Assembly (NCBI GenBank): GCA_965205425.1
Contig: CBDBGZ010000009.1
Location: 832,001-896,000 of the forward strand
DNA from: Nitrosopumilus sp.
GTDB taxonomy: Archaea; Thermoproteota; Nitrososphaeria; Nitrososphaerales; Nitrosopumilaceae
Reading direction: 5' to 3'
DNA: 64,000 bases
The position numbers and the translations under genes are program-made. This document shows positions 53,125 to 62,666 of this stretch, in pieces. The notes beneath the pieces were generated by a model. The model was not told the DNA's origin. It was given only the letters and a program-made list of their open reading frames with translations, and ran no database searches. Every line of letters starts with the position of its first letter. Position 1 is the first letter of the stretch.

Positions 53125-53397
53125 ATGTTTAAGAAAAAACTAGGTTATACCCTAGTATTACTATCGTTTTTATTTTTATTTGTTCCCTCCTTTGTGCTAT
53201 TTGATAAATTATATCGTATGATATTGATAATTGGGAATGACAAAACTAATGACTTACAAATATCGTCTCCGATTATAGATTTTGGTGGTTCTGCAGAAGG
53301 TGTTGCCCTTTACATTGTATCTATATCTATTGTAGGTTGTCTGTTCCTTTGTACTGGCATATACATCGTACTTTATACAAAAAATCCCCAAAACTAG
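53125..53397 (+). CDS. Small 2-TM protein, partner of D (putative immunity)
   Basis: Two hydrophobic segments; starts 7 bp after the stop of D. Confidence 0.6.
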   Translation: MFKKKLGYTLVLLSFLFLFVPSFVLFDKLYRMILIIGNDKTNDLQISSPIIDFGGSAEGVALYIVSISIVGCLFLCTGIYIVLYTKNPQN

Positions 53398-53511
53398 GGC
53401 AAAAAATCAAAAAGAACCTCAAAGAAAAAATATCTCACTGCAATAATTGACATCAATACCACCTGAGAGATTTAGTAGGACCGTAATTTATGCAATCAGG
53501 AAATTATTGAA

Positions 53512-54542
53512 TGTCTATTATCCTCAAATTAGTTCATCCCATTATTTCCAGACTAAAGTCAAGATACGTTTGGAAAAGAGGAAAGAATCACAAGATTATG
53601 CAAAAGTTAGATCCAATCCAGATATCCTGGATAATCAAGTCAAAAGAGGACGGTGCCAAGAACGCAGACGTTGCCTCATCCATGAAGATATCTGTTGGGT
53701 GGATGCAGAAACTCTACTCACGGTATCGCCGTACTGGTGCAGTTCCAATCCTAGGCAAGTCTGGAAGGCCAAAGGGAATAATCACAGAGCAGATGGTGCA
53801 GACTGTCCAGTCTACATTTGAAAAGTTCAGGTGTTCTGCAGTATTCTTGGAGAAAATAATTGATACTACTGGAACACACATACCTCACAATACCATACAT
53901 AAAATTATGAGAGATGAAGGGTTGGCAGAAGCTCAGCCAAAGAAGAGGAGAAGACGAAAGTGGGTTCGATATGAAAGGACATATTCAAACTCCATGTGGC
54001 ATACTGACTGGAAGAAGCTAGATGATGGCAGATGGTTCTTATGCTACCAGGATGACGCATCAAGGTTTATCGTTTCTCATGGAGTGTTTGCAGAGGCAAC
54101 AACAGATAACGCACTTGTGGTATTACATGAGGCAATTGCAAAGCACGGTAGGCCTGCATCAATTCTAACTGATCATGGCTCCCAGTTTTATGCAAACCAA
54201 TCAGAATACAAGAGAAAAGGAGCATCCCAGTTTGAGCAGGAACTGGTAAAATTAGAGATAAAGCATATCATGGCAAGAGTGAACCATCCTCAAACCAATG
54301 GCAAGCTCGAAAGATTTCACGGCGAGATTCAGAGAAAGCAGAAATGGTTTGGCACCATTGATGAGCTGGTCCACTGGTACAATCACATAAAGCCACACAT
54401 GTCACTTGACTGGGATAATCTTGAGACTCCTGCAAAGGCATATGCAAGAAAGATGCCAGAGAAAGGAACAAGAGTTATTGATGAGCAGACAGGAGAAGAA
54501 TACGATGTCAAATAAGGGACGAACTGATTTTGGGATACAACA
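53512..54542 (+). mobile_element. IS481-family insertion sequence, copy 2 (transposase ends at 54515)
   Basis: TGT...ACA ends; near-identical to 36408-37440. Confidence 0.88.
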
Positions 54543-54615
54543 GAAGGAAAAAAAGTGAGAAATCATACAATATATCAAATCCCTTAATTTATTATAAGAA
54601 TAGTTGTGTGTGATA

Positions 54616-55641
54616 GGGTGTGTCCTAAAACTATCCTCTAACATGTTTTGTAACCCCCATCAAATTAACAACTCGTATGTTGTAACAAATTACACGCAAC
54701 GCCAACTCTTTTCTTTGAACCAACTTGTTTTTTGATGACAAGCTATTTCCAAAGATTCTTTTGAGTACTGCAAATACTGATTCAACAAGTGACCTCTTGT
54801 GATAATGTCTGTCAAATTCATCTTGATTGTCCTGGAATAATGTTATCATTTTTTTCCATGATGCAGAGCCTTTGGGATTTCTAACTGTGTTCTTCTTTGG
54901 TTTGATGTATGGTATCTTTTGCAGAGTAGCTACCATATTGCAAATGTCTCGTGACAAATATGCAGGATCTGCACAAAAATCACCAATTCCCTTTGGAATG
55001 TCTTTGATTAGTTTTTTGAGAATTGGTGCATCACCACGAGTTCCTTTAGTAATGTCAAAAGATACTATTGCCATGGACTGTATTGCAATTAGGATGTGCA
55101 GTTTTAGATATAATTTCTTGGATTTGTGCGTGTTTGTCTTGATGTCAAACCAAGCCTCACATCTTTTGGTACCAAATCCTGAACTGTCAGGAGCTATGTC
55201 TTTTTTTTGATTGGTTCTGTGAGTTTTGCGTTTACCTTTTTCAAATAAGGCATTGGAATTCTTTTTAGACTGTCATTAATGACAGTCTTGCTTGGTGCTT
55301 TTTTGAGCTCCATTATTTCCAACAGATCCGGCCTTGATCTCAAGTGGGACTCCATGGAACGATAATCCAATCCAAACTTTACCTTTAGCATTGCACACAT
55401 TATCTTTGCTTTTGTTGGAAATGCAGGACGTCCGCCTGTCTTTGGTTCCCATGGTGTATCCATACTCCAAACTGTCTTCTTTACTTTTTCCAAGAATAGA
55501 ATCTCCTCATCCTTGCGATATGTGCCATATACTTGCCAGTCTCTTTTTGATTTGTTTTGCATAGTTGTTGTGATTCCATGCGATCAATATGTTACAGAAT
55601 TGAATAAAATTGTTATATTTGTCTACTTTTAGGACACACCC
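54616..55641 (-). mobile_element. IS5-like element; transposase orfA 55194-55562 joined to orfB (ends 54631) by a -1 frameshift
   Basis: Perfect 15-bp IR GGGTGTGTCCTAAAA; DSSGF, ADPAY, YHKRSLVESVF motifs; A8G slippery site at 55200-55208. Confidence 0.82.
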
Positions 55642-55774
55642 GATCTTTTGGAATATTATGGGGGTGTTGCAGGTATGCCGCAATTGCCAATAGTTGAGAA
55701 TCATCTGACTTTTTACCTTCTCCAAAGGGCAGCAATGGTATGATTTTTGACTGTATTTTACAGATACTGGAAAG

Positions 55775-55990
55775 TCATAGAGTGGATTTCTGTTTGACTA
55801 GGAGTAATCGTGCCCTGTCCTGCGTGTTTCGGGGGCCGGTTCTCAGAATAATGCCACAGCACGGACAGTTTACCCCATCCCATACCAGAAATACCGCACA
55901 AACAGAGCATCTCTTCTGTCCAGATGAGTATCTGCTTTTCATGAATGATTTTTTTGCCTTGTATTTTACACAGATTTCCCTACACCCCAT
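55775..55990 (-). CDS. Small zinc-finger protein
   Basis: C...C, RCSVC, CPCCG..LRTGPR. Confidence 0.65.
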   Translation of the reverse strand: MGCREICVKYKAKKSFMKSRYSSGQKRCSVCAVFLVWDGVNCPCCGIILRTGPRNTQDRARLLLVKQKSTL

Positions 55991-56095
55991 GAATTAGTTT
56001 TGAAATGATTCTCGTATATGTATGAATAGATGGATTGGTTTTGGTCTCTTTTCCGGAAATTATTTTAAAGTTATTTTTTAGACGATAAGAAACAG

Positions 56096-56972
56096 TCAAA
56101 TCCAAAGAAATTCCTCAGGATCGCCTTGAATTGCCTGAGACCTCAAAGTTATCTCATCCCAGCTGTCACAATCAACATCCAATCTATTGCATGCAGACAA
56201 TATTTGCTCCATGTACGGTGCAGCATATCTCATCCTTACAACTAGTTCAAACAAGTCTTGTATTTTTTTATCAAAAATATCATTTTCAACAATACAGTCA
56301 TGCTGCAATTGGCATATTTTCTCCAAATCAGTGATGTTTGTTTTGTTTTTGTTTCTGATTATTGATAGGTTTTTTTCTTGCTCAAACAGATTATCCAAAT
56401 CAATTGAATTTATTTTTCCAAACTTTCCATATATTGAGGATTTGATATTATAAACGGCATAATACACACTAGTTGACAGCCTATACTCGTATTTTGTTTG
56501 TGCAGGGCAGGGTATTGCAGTCTCACCAACAAAACCAGAAAAGAACAGTCCCGATTCACGCAATACGTCGAAAGTTGTATCGCCAGTATGAATATGGTTC
56601 ATCACCTTGTTTTCAGTGTCAAACATTTTTCTCAGATGAGTATTGCGAAACAGTGCGGGATCAGTTGGGCCTTTGAGGTTTTTCAAAAATTCTGCAACTG
56701 GAAATGACTCAAACTCGGATGTCGGTTTTACAATACATGCCAAAGAATAACCCTGATTGAACAAAGACCTAACCAGTAAATGATAATGGTTTTTTGTGTT
56801 TTTATCTTTACTGTAAAGTCTATCAATGATATCATTAGTGGTTCTAATCCATTTGAATTTTACAAATTTCAAATTATTTTTCTGTATTTGCTTGATTCCC
56901 TCTTTGTAAATTCCAGTTACTATAGGCATCAGGGGAGAACAATACAAACCCAACACTGTCAAAATCAGTCAA
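56096..56972 (-). pseudogene. Nucleoside-diphosphate kinase-like protein with C-terminal extension; frameshift near 56925
   Basis: LKGPTDP...LRKMF...NHIHTGD...RESGLFF resembles the NDK active site; the NDK-type N-terminus FVLFSPDA is in another frame from TTG 56972. Confidence 0.6.
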
Positions 56973-56977
56973 AACGA

Positions 56978-57679
56978 CTATTGTGGATAAATTATGGTAC
57001 CTTTGCCTGTTTTGCTCTCTACAAAATCCCTTATGGATTTGACATCATATCCATTGAGAACTGTACAGGTTTGGTTTTTCTCCATCAAGAATGGAGGCAG
57101 ACAAGCATCAACACATGTTGCAGATGTACCATTCAAAACACTTGCATTAGCTGTGCTTTGTGGTTTACCAGACATGTCATTTGAATCCTCATAAATCCCA
57201 TCCACATCTGTCAGTATTGCAAATTTCTTTGCAGACAAAATGTTTGCAAAATAGGCAGACATTGTATCAGATGTTATCCTCCAGCTTTGCTCAAAGACAT
57301 TTAGTTGGATTATCATGTTTGATGGAAGCATGACTGCAAGTTTGTCATTATCAAATATTTTTTTCATATCCACAAATGTTGAAAAGAACCCCACATCACC
57401 ACACATGGAGCCAAATATCAGTCCTGTCTGGTCTTGTGCCCTTGCACATAGATTATGATGGATTTCTGGCTGAAACGAAACTGTCTTGTTTAACTTTTCA
57501 ATGTAATTGTCAATTGGGCCACCACCAGGAAACACAACAATGTTGTGATGTGTCCCAAGATCCGACAATTCAGATGCCAGTAACTTGCACTTTTCCAGAT
57601 TATTCAACAGACTTCCACCAAGTTTGATTAAAACATCAACGTCTAAATCCTGAAAGCCTGGCAATTTTTCTTTGCTCAT
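56978..57679 (-). CDS. Amino-acid-kinase-family small-molecule kinase (MfnE/uridylate kinase-like)
   Basis: IKLGGSL, PGGGP, ITSDTMS, LTDVDGIY. Confidence 0.8.
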   Translation of the reverse strand: MSKEKLPGFQDLDVDVLIKLGGSLLNNLEKCKLLASELSDLGTHHNIVVFPGGGPIDNYIEKLNKTVSFQPEIHHNLCARAQDQTGLIFGSMCGDVGFFSTFVDMKKIFDNDKLAVMLPSNMIIQLNVFEQSWRITSDTMSAYFANILSAKKFAILTDVDGIYEDSNDMSGKPQSTANASVLNGTSATCVDACLPPFLMEKNQTCTVLNGYDVKSIRDFVESKTGKGTIIYPQ

Positions 57680-58911
57680 GTCACTCTTTTTAAAACCATA
57701 TCTAATATGTCAAACGCTTCTAAAAATGATTTCTGAGAAGTGATTAAAGGAGGTTTGAAAATCAAAACGTTTGTTTGTCCTGATGCAATTCTCAACAATA
57801 ATCCGCCATCAAAACATTGTTTACGAATTTGTTCGGTTCTGGTATTCTTTTGATTCTCTAAAATGACAATTCCCCACAAATGTCCTATGCCCCTAAAATC
57901 TAAAATCATAGAATGTTCATTTTTCAGACATTTTAGAAAATGTCTAATCTTTTTTTCGTTTTTCTTTACTTGTTTGAGTAAATTTGTTTTGGAGAGAATA
58001 TCCAAATTAGTTGATGCTACAACACATGATATTGGATTTGCGCCATCAGTGATTTCATGTTCACCGTAATCCAGATTATCCATGTCTCTTGTGGAGAATG
58101 TCATAGATAACGGGTATCCTGTAGCAAATGCCTTTCCACCAGTCAGAATATCAGGGGTCACGCCAAAATAATTTGTAGCAAAATACTCCCCCAACCAGCC
58201 AAAACCGGTCTGAACCTCATCGAAGATCAATGGAATATCATAATCTTTTGTAATTTTTCTAATTGTCGACAGAAATTCTTTGTCGTGAATTATAACTCCT
58301 GCCTCTACCATGATTGGTTCAAGTATTACAGTTGCAATTGTTTTATGTTTTGATTCAATTAGACTGGAAAATTCATTGATGGATTGACGTACACAAGTAA
58401 CAGTATGTTTTCCATTAGAATATACATCACAATTGCAAGGTTTGAGGAAATCCACATTGTTACGATTCAAATATTTCTTATCAAAATTTTTCCCACTGAT
58501 CCTCATGGTCTCCATTGATTGTCCATGATGACTGCCAAGAAAAGAGACAGCACCAATACAGTTTCGTTTTTTGTAGGCCATTTTTAGTGCCCCTTCATTT
58601 GCAAGTGTTCCACTAGTGATCTTTATGTTAACTTTGGTTAATTCTGATGGCGCCATCTGCATTAGCTGTTTTATCAGTTTGTGGGAGTATGGATTTCCAA
58701 ATCTTGAGGAAATGTAAGTTATGGAATTGATTACATCTGATATTGATTTGGTTATTTTTGGATGACACTGACCCAAACTAAGATTCAAAGTCTGTGATGT
58801 AAAGTCAAGGTACCTTTTTTGATTACCATCATAAATAATCTCACCTTTTCCCCTGATCACATCAAAGTAAATTGGTTTTGTATTTTTTGAATAGTTTTTC
58901 ATAAATTTCAT
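57676..58911 (-). CDS. Class III PLP-dependent aminotransferase
   Basis: LEPIMVEAG, FDEVQTGFG, PDILTGGK, RGIGHLWG. Confidence 0.88.
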   Translation of the reverse strand: MKFMKNYSKNTKPIYFDVIRGKGEIIYDGNQKRYLDFTSQTLNLSLGQCHPKITKSISDVINSITYISSRFGNPYSHKLIKQLMQMAPSELTKVNIKITSGTLANEGALKMAYKKRNCIGAVSFLGSHHGQSMETMRISGKNFDKKYLNRNNVDFLKPCNCDVYSNGKHTVTCVRQSINEFSSLIESKHKTIATVILEPIMVEAGVIIHDKEFLSTIRKITKDYDIPLIFDEVQTGFGWLGEYFATNYFGVTPDILTGGKAFATGYPLSMTFSTRDMDNLDYGEHEITDGANPISCVVASTNLDILSKTNLLKQVKKNEKKIRHFLKCLKNEHSMILDFRGIGHLWGIVILENQKNTRTEQIRKQCFDGGLLLRIASGQTNVLIFKPPLITSQKSFLEAFDILDMVLKRVT

Positions 58912-59041
58912 CGCAGTGATGGATTTTAAGGGATTTTTAACATCTGCAACAATTCATGAACTCCCGCAAAGATCACTGTCATTTCCTGCAAGGCATGCCA
59001 ATCCAAACAACAGCAACTTTCAGTGTCATAAAACTGCAAGC

Positions 59042-59509
59042 TCATTTTTTCAATTGCATACATATCTGGCATACTGTACTGCCATTTCTCACCACGACAC
59101 ACACGTTGCTAGAATGACAAACACTGCACATCCCATGGTGTCGTCTGTGCTGGTGTCTTTTCAAGGACTCTTCATCATGATAGAAAATTTCACATTCCTC
59201 ACATATTACCACAGGAACTTTTTCTTTCTTTTTGGGTTTGTATTTATCCAGTACTGGAAGTTTTGTCATTCTGATTAGTTGTTTACTGGAATGATTTTTT
59301 TGTAAATATGGAGATTGTGCAAGGTTTTCTTTTTGTTTTTCCTTTATTATACAAAGTTCTGAATCTGGAATATTCCAAGTTTGGGAACGACAATGCCTGT
59401 TAGGACATGCCTTGGGAATTGAAATACTCTGTTCATCGGCATTTATTTTTGATGTAAAGGATAATCCACATCTAAAACAAGATAATATTGGAACCTGAAG
59501 AATTTTCAT
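59042..59509 (-). CDS. Multi-zinc-finger protein
   Basis: CFRC...PKACPNRHCRSQTWN; C2H2-like CEEC...HQHRRH; CSVC...CQIC. Confidence 0.65.
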   Translation of the reverse strand: MKILQVPILSCFRCGLSFTSKINADEQSISIPKACPNRHCRSQTWNIPDSELCIIKEKQKENLAQSPYLQKNHSSKQLIRMTKLPVLDKYKPKKKEKVPVVICEECEIFYHDEESLKRHQHRRHHGMCSVCHSSNVCVVVRNGSTVCQICMQLKK

Positions 59510-59534
59510 TTAATCTAGGAAATATGCCACAATA

Positions 59535-59987
59535 TCATTTTAAGGAATTCTCATTGAGCAACCTATCAACGTATTCGCAGAATTTCTTCACTGATTTTGT
59601 ACTTGTTCCATCTTGTAGTGTGTGATCCTCAAGATGACAAATCACACGTTTTAGATACCCGTTAAAACTTCTATTGTCTTTTTTTGACAGGCTATTTTTC
59701 ACAACTGACCTCACAACAAGCGGTGCAACTATTGGATATGTCGGCAGTGCCCTAAATGCCACACATATCAGTCTCAATCCCTCACGAGTTGTCTTGTTCA
59801 TCCTCATTTGTTGTGTATCATTATTTGGTATTCTCTCAAATTGATCCATATACATCTCCATGGCCCTGCCCAGTTCAGGCCCATATCCGCCTCTAATTGT
59901 ATGGTGATGTGATAGTAGAAAATACTCCCAACGAATCTTGATATCCTCATCAATGCGTGTGTGAATTCTGACTTTGTTTTTTTCCAT
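59535..59987 (-). CDS. Ribbon-helix-helix (CopG-like) DNA-binding protein
   Basis: N-terminal VRIHTRIDEDIKIRW...ELGRAMEMYM pattern. Confidence 0.55.
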   Translation of the reverse strand: MEKNKVRIHTRIDEDIKIRWEYFLLSHHHTIRGGYGPELGRAMEMYMDQFERIPNNDTQQMRMNKTTREGLRLICVAFRALPTYPIVAPLVVRSVVKNSLSKKDNRSFNGYLKRVICHLEDHTLQDGTSTKSVKKFCEYVDRLLNENSLK

Positions 59988-60011
59988 TTTAGATATGATT
60001 AATAATTACTT

Positions 60012-60425
60012 GCAGTTTGGCACTAAATAACAATTTGTAGTTTGGCACTAAATAACAATTTGTAGTTTGGCGTCACCACGCCTAAAATTGTTTGTTTGTT
60101 GTTTTATTGTTAGAGGAACAACAAACATTATTCTTAGAATAATTCATGCCTAGAGATCTAAAAATTATATGCAGTTTGGCGTTATAATACATGTTTTTAA
60201 TTAATTAATTGCAGTTTGGCACCATTTGGCACCATTTGGCGCCAAACTACAAAGACTTTGTTGTAAATCATCAAAAATCAACAAAATTGATGAATTTTTA
60301 TTCCCAAAAATGAGTTTGAAATTATTTCCATGTCTACTTGCAAACAAACAACAAACAAACAATTAGTTGGTTTTTGGATCATATAGTCGTAAATTATATG
60401 CAGTTTGGCACCGTTTGGCGCCAAT
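60012..60425. repeat. Iteron-like repeat cluster (core GYAGTTTGGC), putative replication origin
   Basis: Copies at 60012, 60037, 60062 (25-bp period), 60171, 60211, 60400; inverted copy GCCAAACTAC at 60241; 10-bp ACCATTTGGC repeats. Confidence 0.75.
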
Positions 60426-60492
60426 TTTAGTCATTACCTGCAAAAACTTTGTGATAAATTTTGATCGCATTTTTAGAGTGATTTTTTTGCGA

Positions 60493-60810
60493 TCAGTATT
60501 GATCATCATGGAAATGAATGTACAATAACATGGCTTTCTCCAACTCATGTTGATATGGGCCACGCACTACTCCGTTGTGCCTCTTTTTGACAAATTCCTT
60601 GAATCGCTCTGCGGCATACCCTGATACTGTGGTGTTTATTCTTGATTTTTCAAGCATTCTCTGTAATCGTATCGTTTCATCTATCTCTTTTAAGAAATCA
60701 TTTGTTTGATTTCTGACCTTTATCATTTTTTTCTGGATTTGTATCATCTCATTTGCAAGGGATGTTATCTTACCACAATAGTTTTTTTGAGGTGTTGCGG
60801 GCTTTGACAT
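60493..60810 (-). CDS. Coiled-coil plus RHH-like protein
   Basis: C-terminal SRINTTVS...RGPYQHELEKAMLLYI resembles the N-terminus of 59535-59987. Confidence 0.55.
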   Translation of the reverse strand: MSKPATPQKNYCGKITSLANEMIQIQKKMIKVRNQTNDFLKEIDETIRLQRMLEKSRINTTVSGYAAERFKEFVKKRHNGVVRGPYQHELEKAMLLYIHFHDDQY

Positions 60811-60814
60811 TATT

Positions 60815-61012
60815 TTATGATACTGGATTGTATCTTCCAGGACTTGACTCGTAAACCATACTCTCCCTTAGGGCTCTTTTGATGAATTCCTTGGCAGAGT
60901 ATTCGTCCCATTTTCCACTCTCTGTCATGTTCTTTACTATCTCTTTTTCAGTCGCACCAGTACCATAGGTTGCAGCGACCCCTTTCATGATATCTCCGAA
61001 CAGCTGCATCTT
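60815..61012 (-). pseudogene. C-terminal winged-helix remnant of an MCM-type helicase, truncated by ISH3
   Basis: KMQLF.D.MK...AKEFIKRALRESMVYESSPGRY resembles archaeal MCM C-termini (recalled, not searched); abuts the IS IR at 61013. Confidence 0.6.
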
Positions 61013-62332
61013 CAGTAGATGGGAAAGTACATCAAATTACACATTCTAGAAAATAATTATTTTTGTTATTTCTAAGGTAATGAATAATTATCTTTACAAA
61101 GAAATATTTGAGAATTTCAATTGATATTATTGGTTTGTAATTTTTTACATTGGTTTCTTCTGAGATAATCAAATTAGCAATTATCCATGCATTGTACAAA
61201 ATCAAGGAATAGTAAAAATACAACAATCTTATGGATTGGTTTGAACTGGTGGTTTTTGGTCTGAACCTTCCCACACATGCATATCCTGTTTCAATTCCCC
61301 AACGTTTCTTGTAATCAGTTGGAATGTTTTGTATGTTATATGATATTTCTTTTGGTGAAACGTTTGTTGCAAACACAGCATACTGATCAATAATATCTGA
61401 TTTTTTTCTTGCATTTTTGTTTGGCAGAATAACTAGATTAAATGATTCTACATGTCCTAATGATGATTTTATCGTGTATGGCGAGATTGACTTTCTATCT
61501 CCATTAACATATTGTAAAATGGCATCTTTGATTCGAGAATTCTTTTTTGCAGGCATTAGAAATTTTAAATTCCTTTGTTTTATTTCTGAAATTGTTCCAG
61601 CTGTGAAAAACTCCCTATCCACTAGCAATAGTTTAATCTTGATTCCATTATTGATGCCATCAGAGAGTAATTTACGCACAAAATCGGCATTTGATTTGTT
61701 GTCATACAAAGGATAACAACCTAATTGAGCCCTGATTCTTTTTTCAACGCACTGCATGGTGCAGTAACTCTCAAAATGAGTAGTACTGTTTTTTGATTTT
61801 GATTTTATTAAAGAATGGTTTGGCAATTTGTCATATCTTGGGATTAGATGTTTGTCAATTGCTACAGTAACTGGTTGCTCCAATACTCCCAATTCTTGTA
61901 ATTTTGATATGGTACTATCCAGTGAACGATGTAATTGAATTTGCATTGTTTTTTGTGATATTTTTGATATGATTTTTCTCAACCATGAAACCAGTTGGAG
62001 AAGCATTATCTGATTCCATTGCCAGTCTCTTTAATCCAGATTCAGAATATGAATTTCCCAAACACAATGACATGATAGAATTATGTGCATCTGCATTGTG
62101 GAACCGTGAGTTATTTTTACTAGAGCATGGAAACAATAAGATATTGTACATTATTTTAGTGATAATCTCAAATGCTTTAGATAGTATCACGCCTTGGTGT
62201 GTCATGGTATCAAATGAAGTACAATGCATATTTGATGGAGTGACATACTTTCATCAAGCTTTTTCTATCTGAATAGATTGATTGAATAATTGATAGTTTT
62301 TGATCTAAATTGAGTTACTTTCCCATCTACTG
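61013..62332 (-). mobile_element. ISH3-like element, copy 2; transposase split into 61915-62229 and 61032-62006
   Basis: IRs CAGTAGATGGGAAAGTA / TACTTTCCCATCTACTG; highly similar to copy 1. Confidence 0.85.
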
Positions 62333-62386
62333 AGTTTTTTTATGAAAATTTCTTTGCTGTTTTTTTTATTATAATTGCAATTGTAA

Positions 62387-62665
62387 TTATATTTTATTGA
62401 TTAACTGCTCTTCCTCTTCAATTGCAGCATCTATGAGTGCCCTGGCTAATATTCTCCCAGTTTCTATCCTCATTCCTTTGTTGATGCATTCTTTTTCAAA
62501 AAGAGATATGACGTATTCCTCTCTTTTTTCATCAATTATGGAAAGACCGTGATCTTTTTTGTAATTGGCTATCTTTTTAGCTATGTTGATTCTTTTTGAA
62601 ATCGACGACACTATTTCTGTATTAATTTGATCAATTTCAAATCTCATATTTTCCAAATCACTCAT
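62387..62665 (-). CDS. Chorismate mutase (AroQ type II) family protein
   Basis: LENMRFEIDQIN..I..ISKR...KIANYKK...IIDEKRE. Confidence 0.82.
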   Translation of the reverse strand: MSDLENMRFEIDQINTEIVSSISKRINIAKKIANYKKDHGLSIIDEKREEYVISLFEKECINKGMRIETGRILARALIDAAIEEEEQLINKI

Positions 62666-62666
62666 T

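Noticed and set aside
46876..53397. Diversity-generating retroelement or site-specific shufflon
   Set aside because: No reverse transcriptase or recombinase gene nearby, and the B/C differences include indels and are not visibly restricted to adenines.
60012..60425. Possible CRISPR array
   Set aside because: Repeat cores are only 10-25 bp, tandem or irregularly spaced, with identical rather than unique spacers; no cas genes seen.
45351..62337. Composite transposon bounded by the two ISH3-like copies
   Set aside because: The outer flanks (GATTT versus AGTTT) show no target-site duplication.
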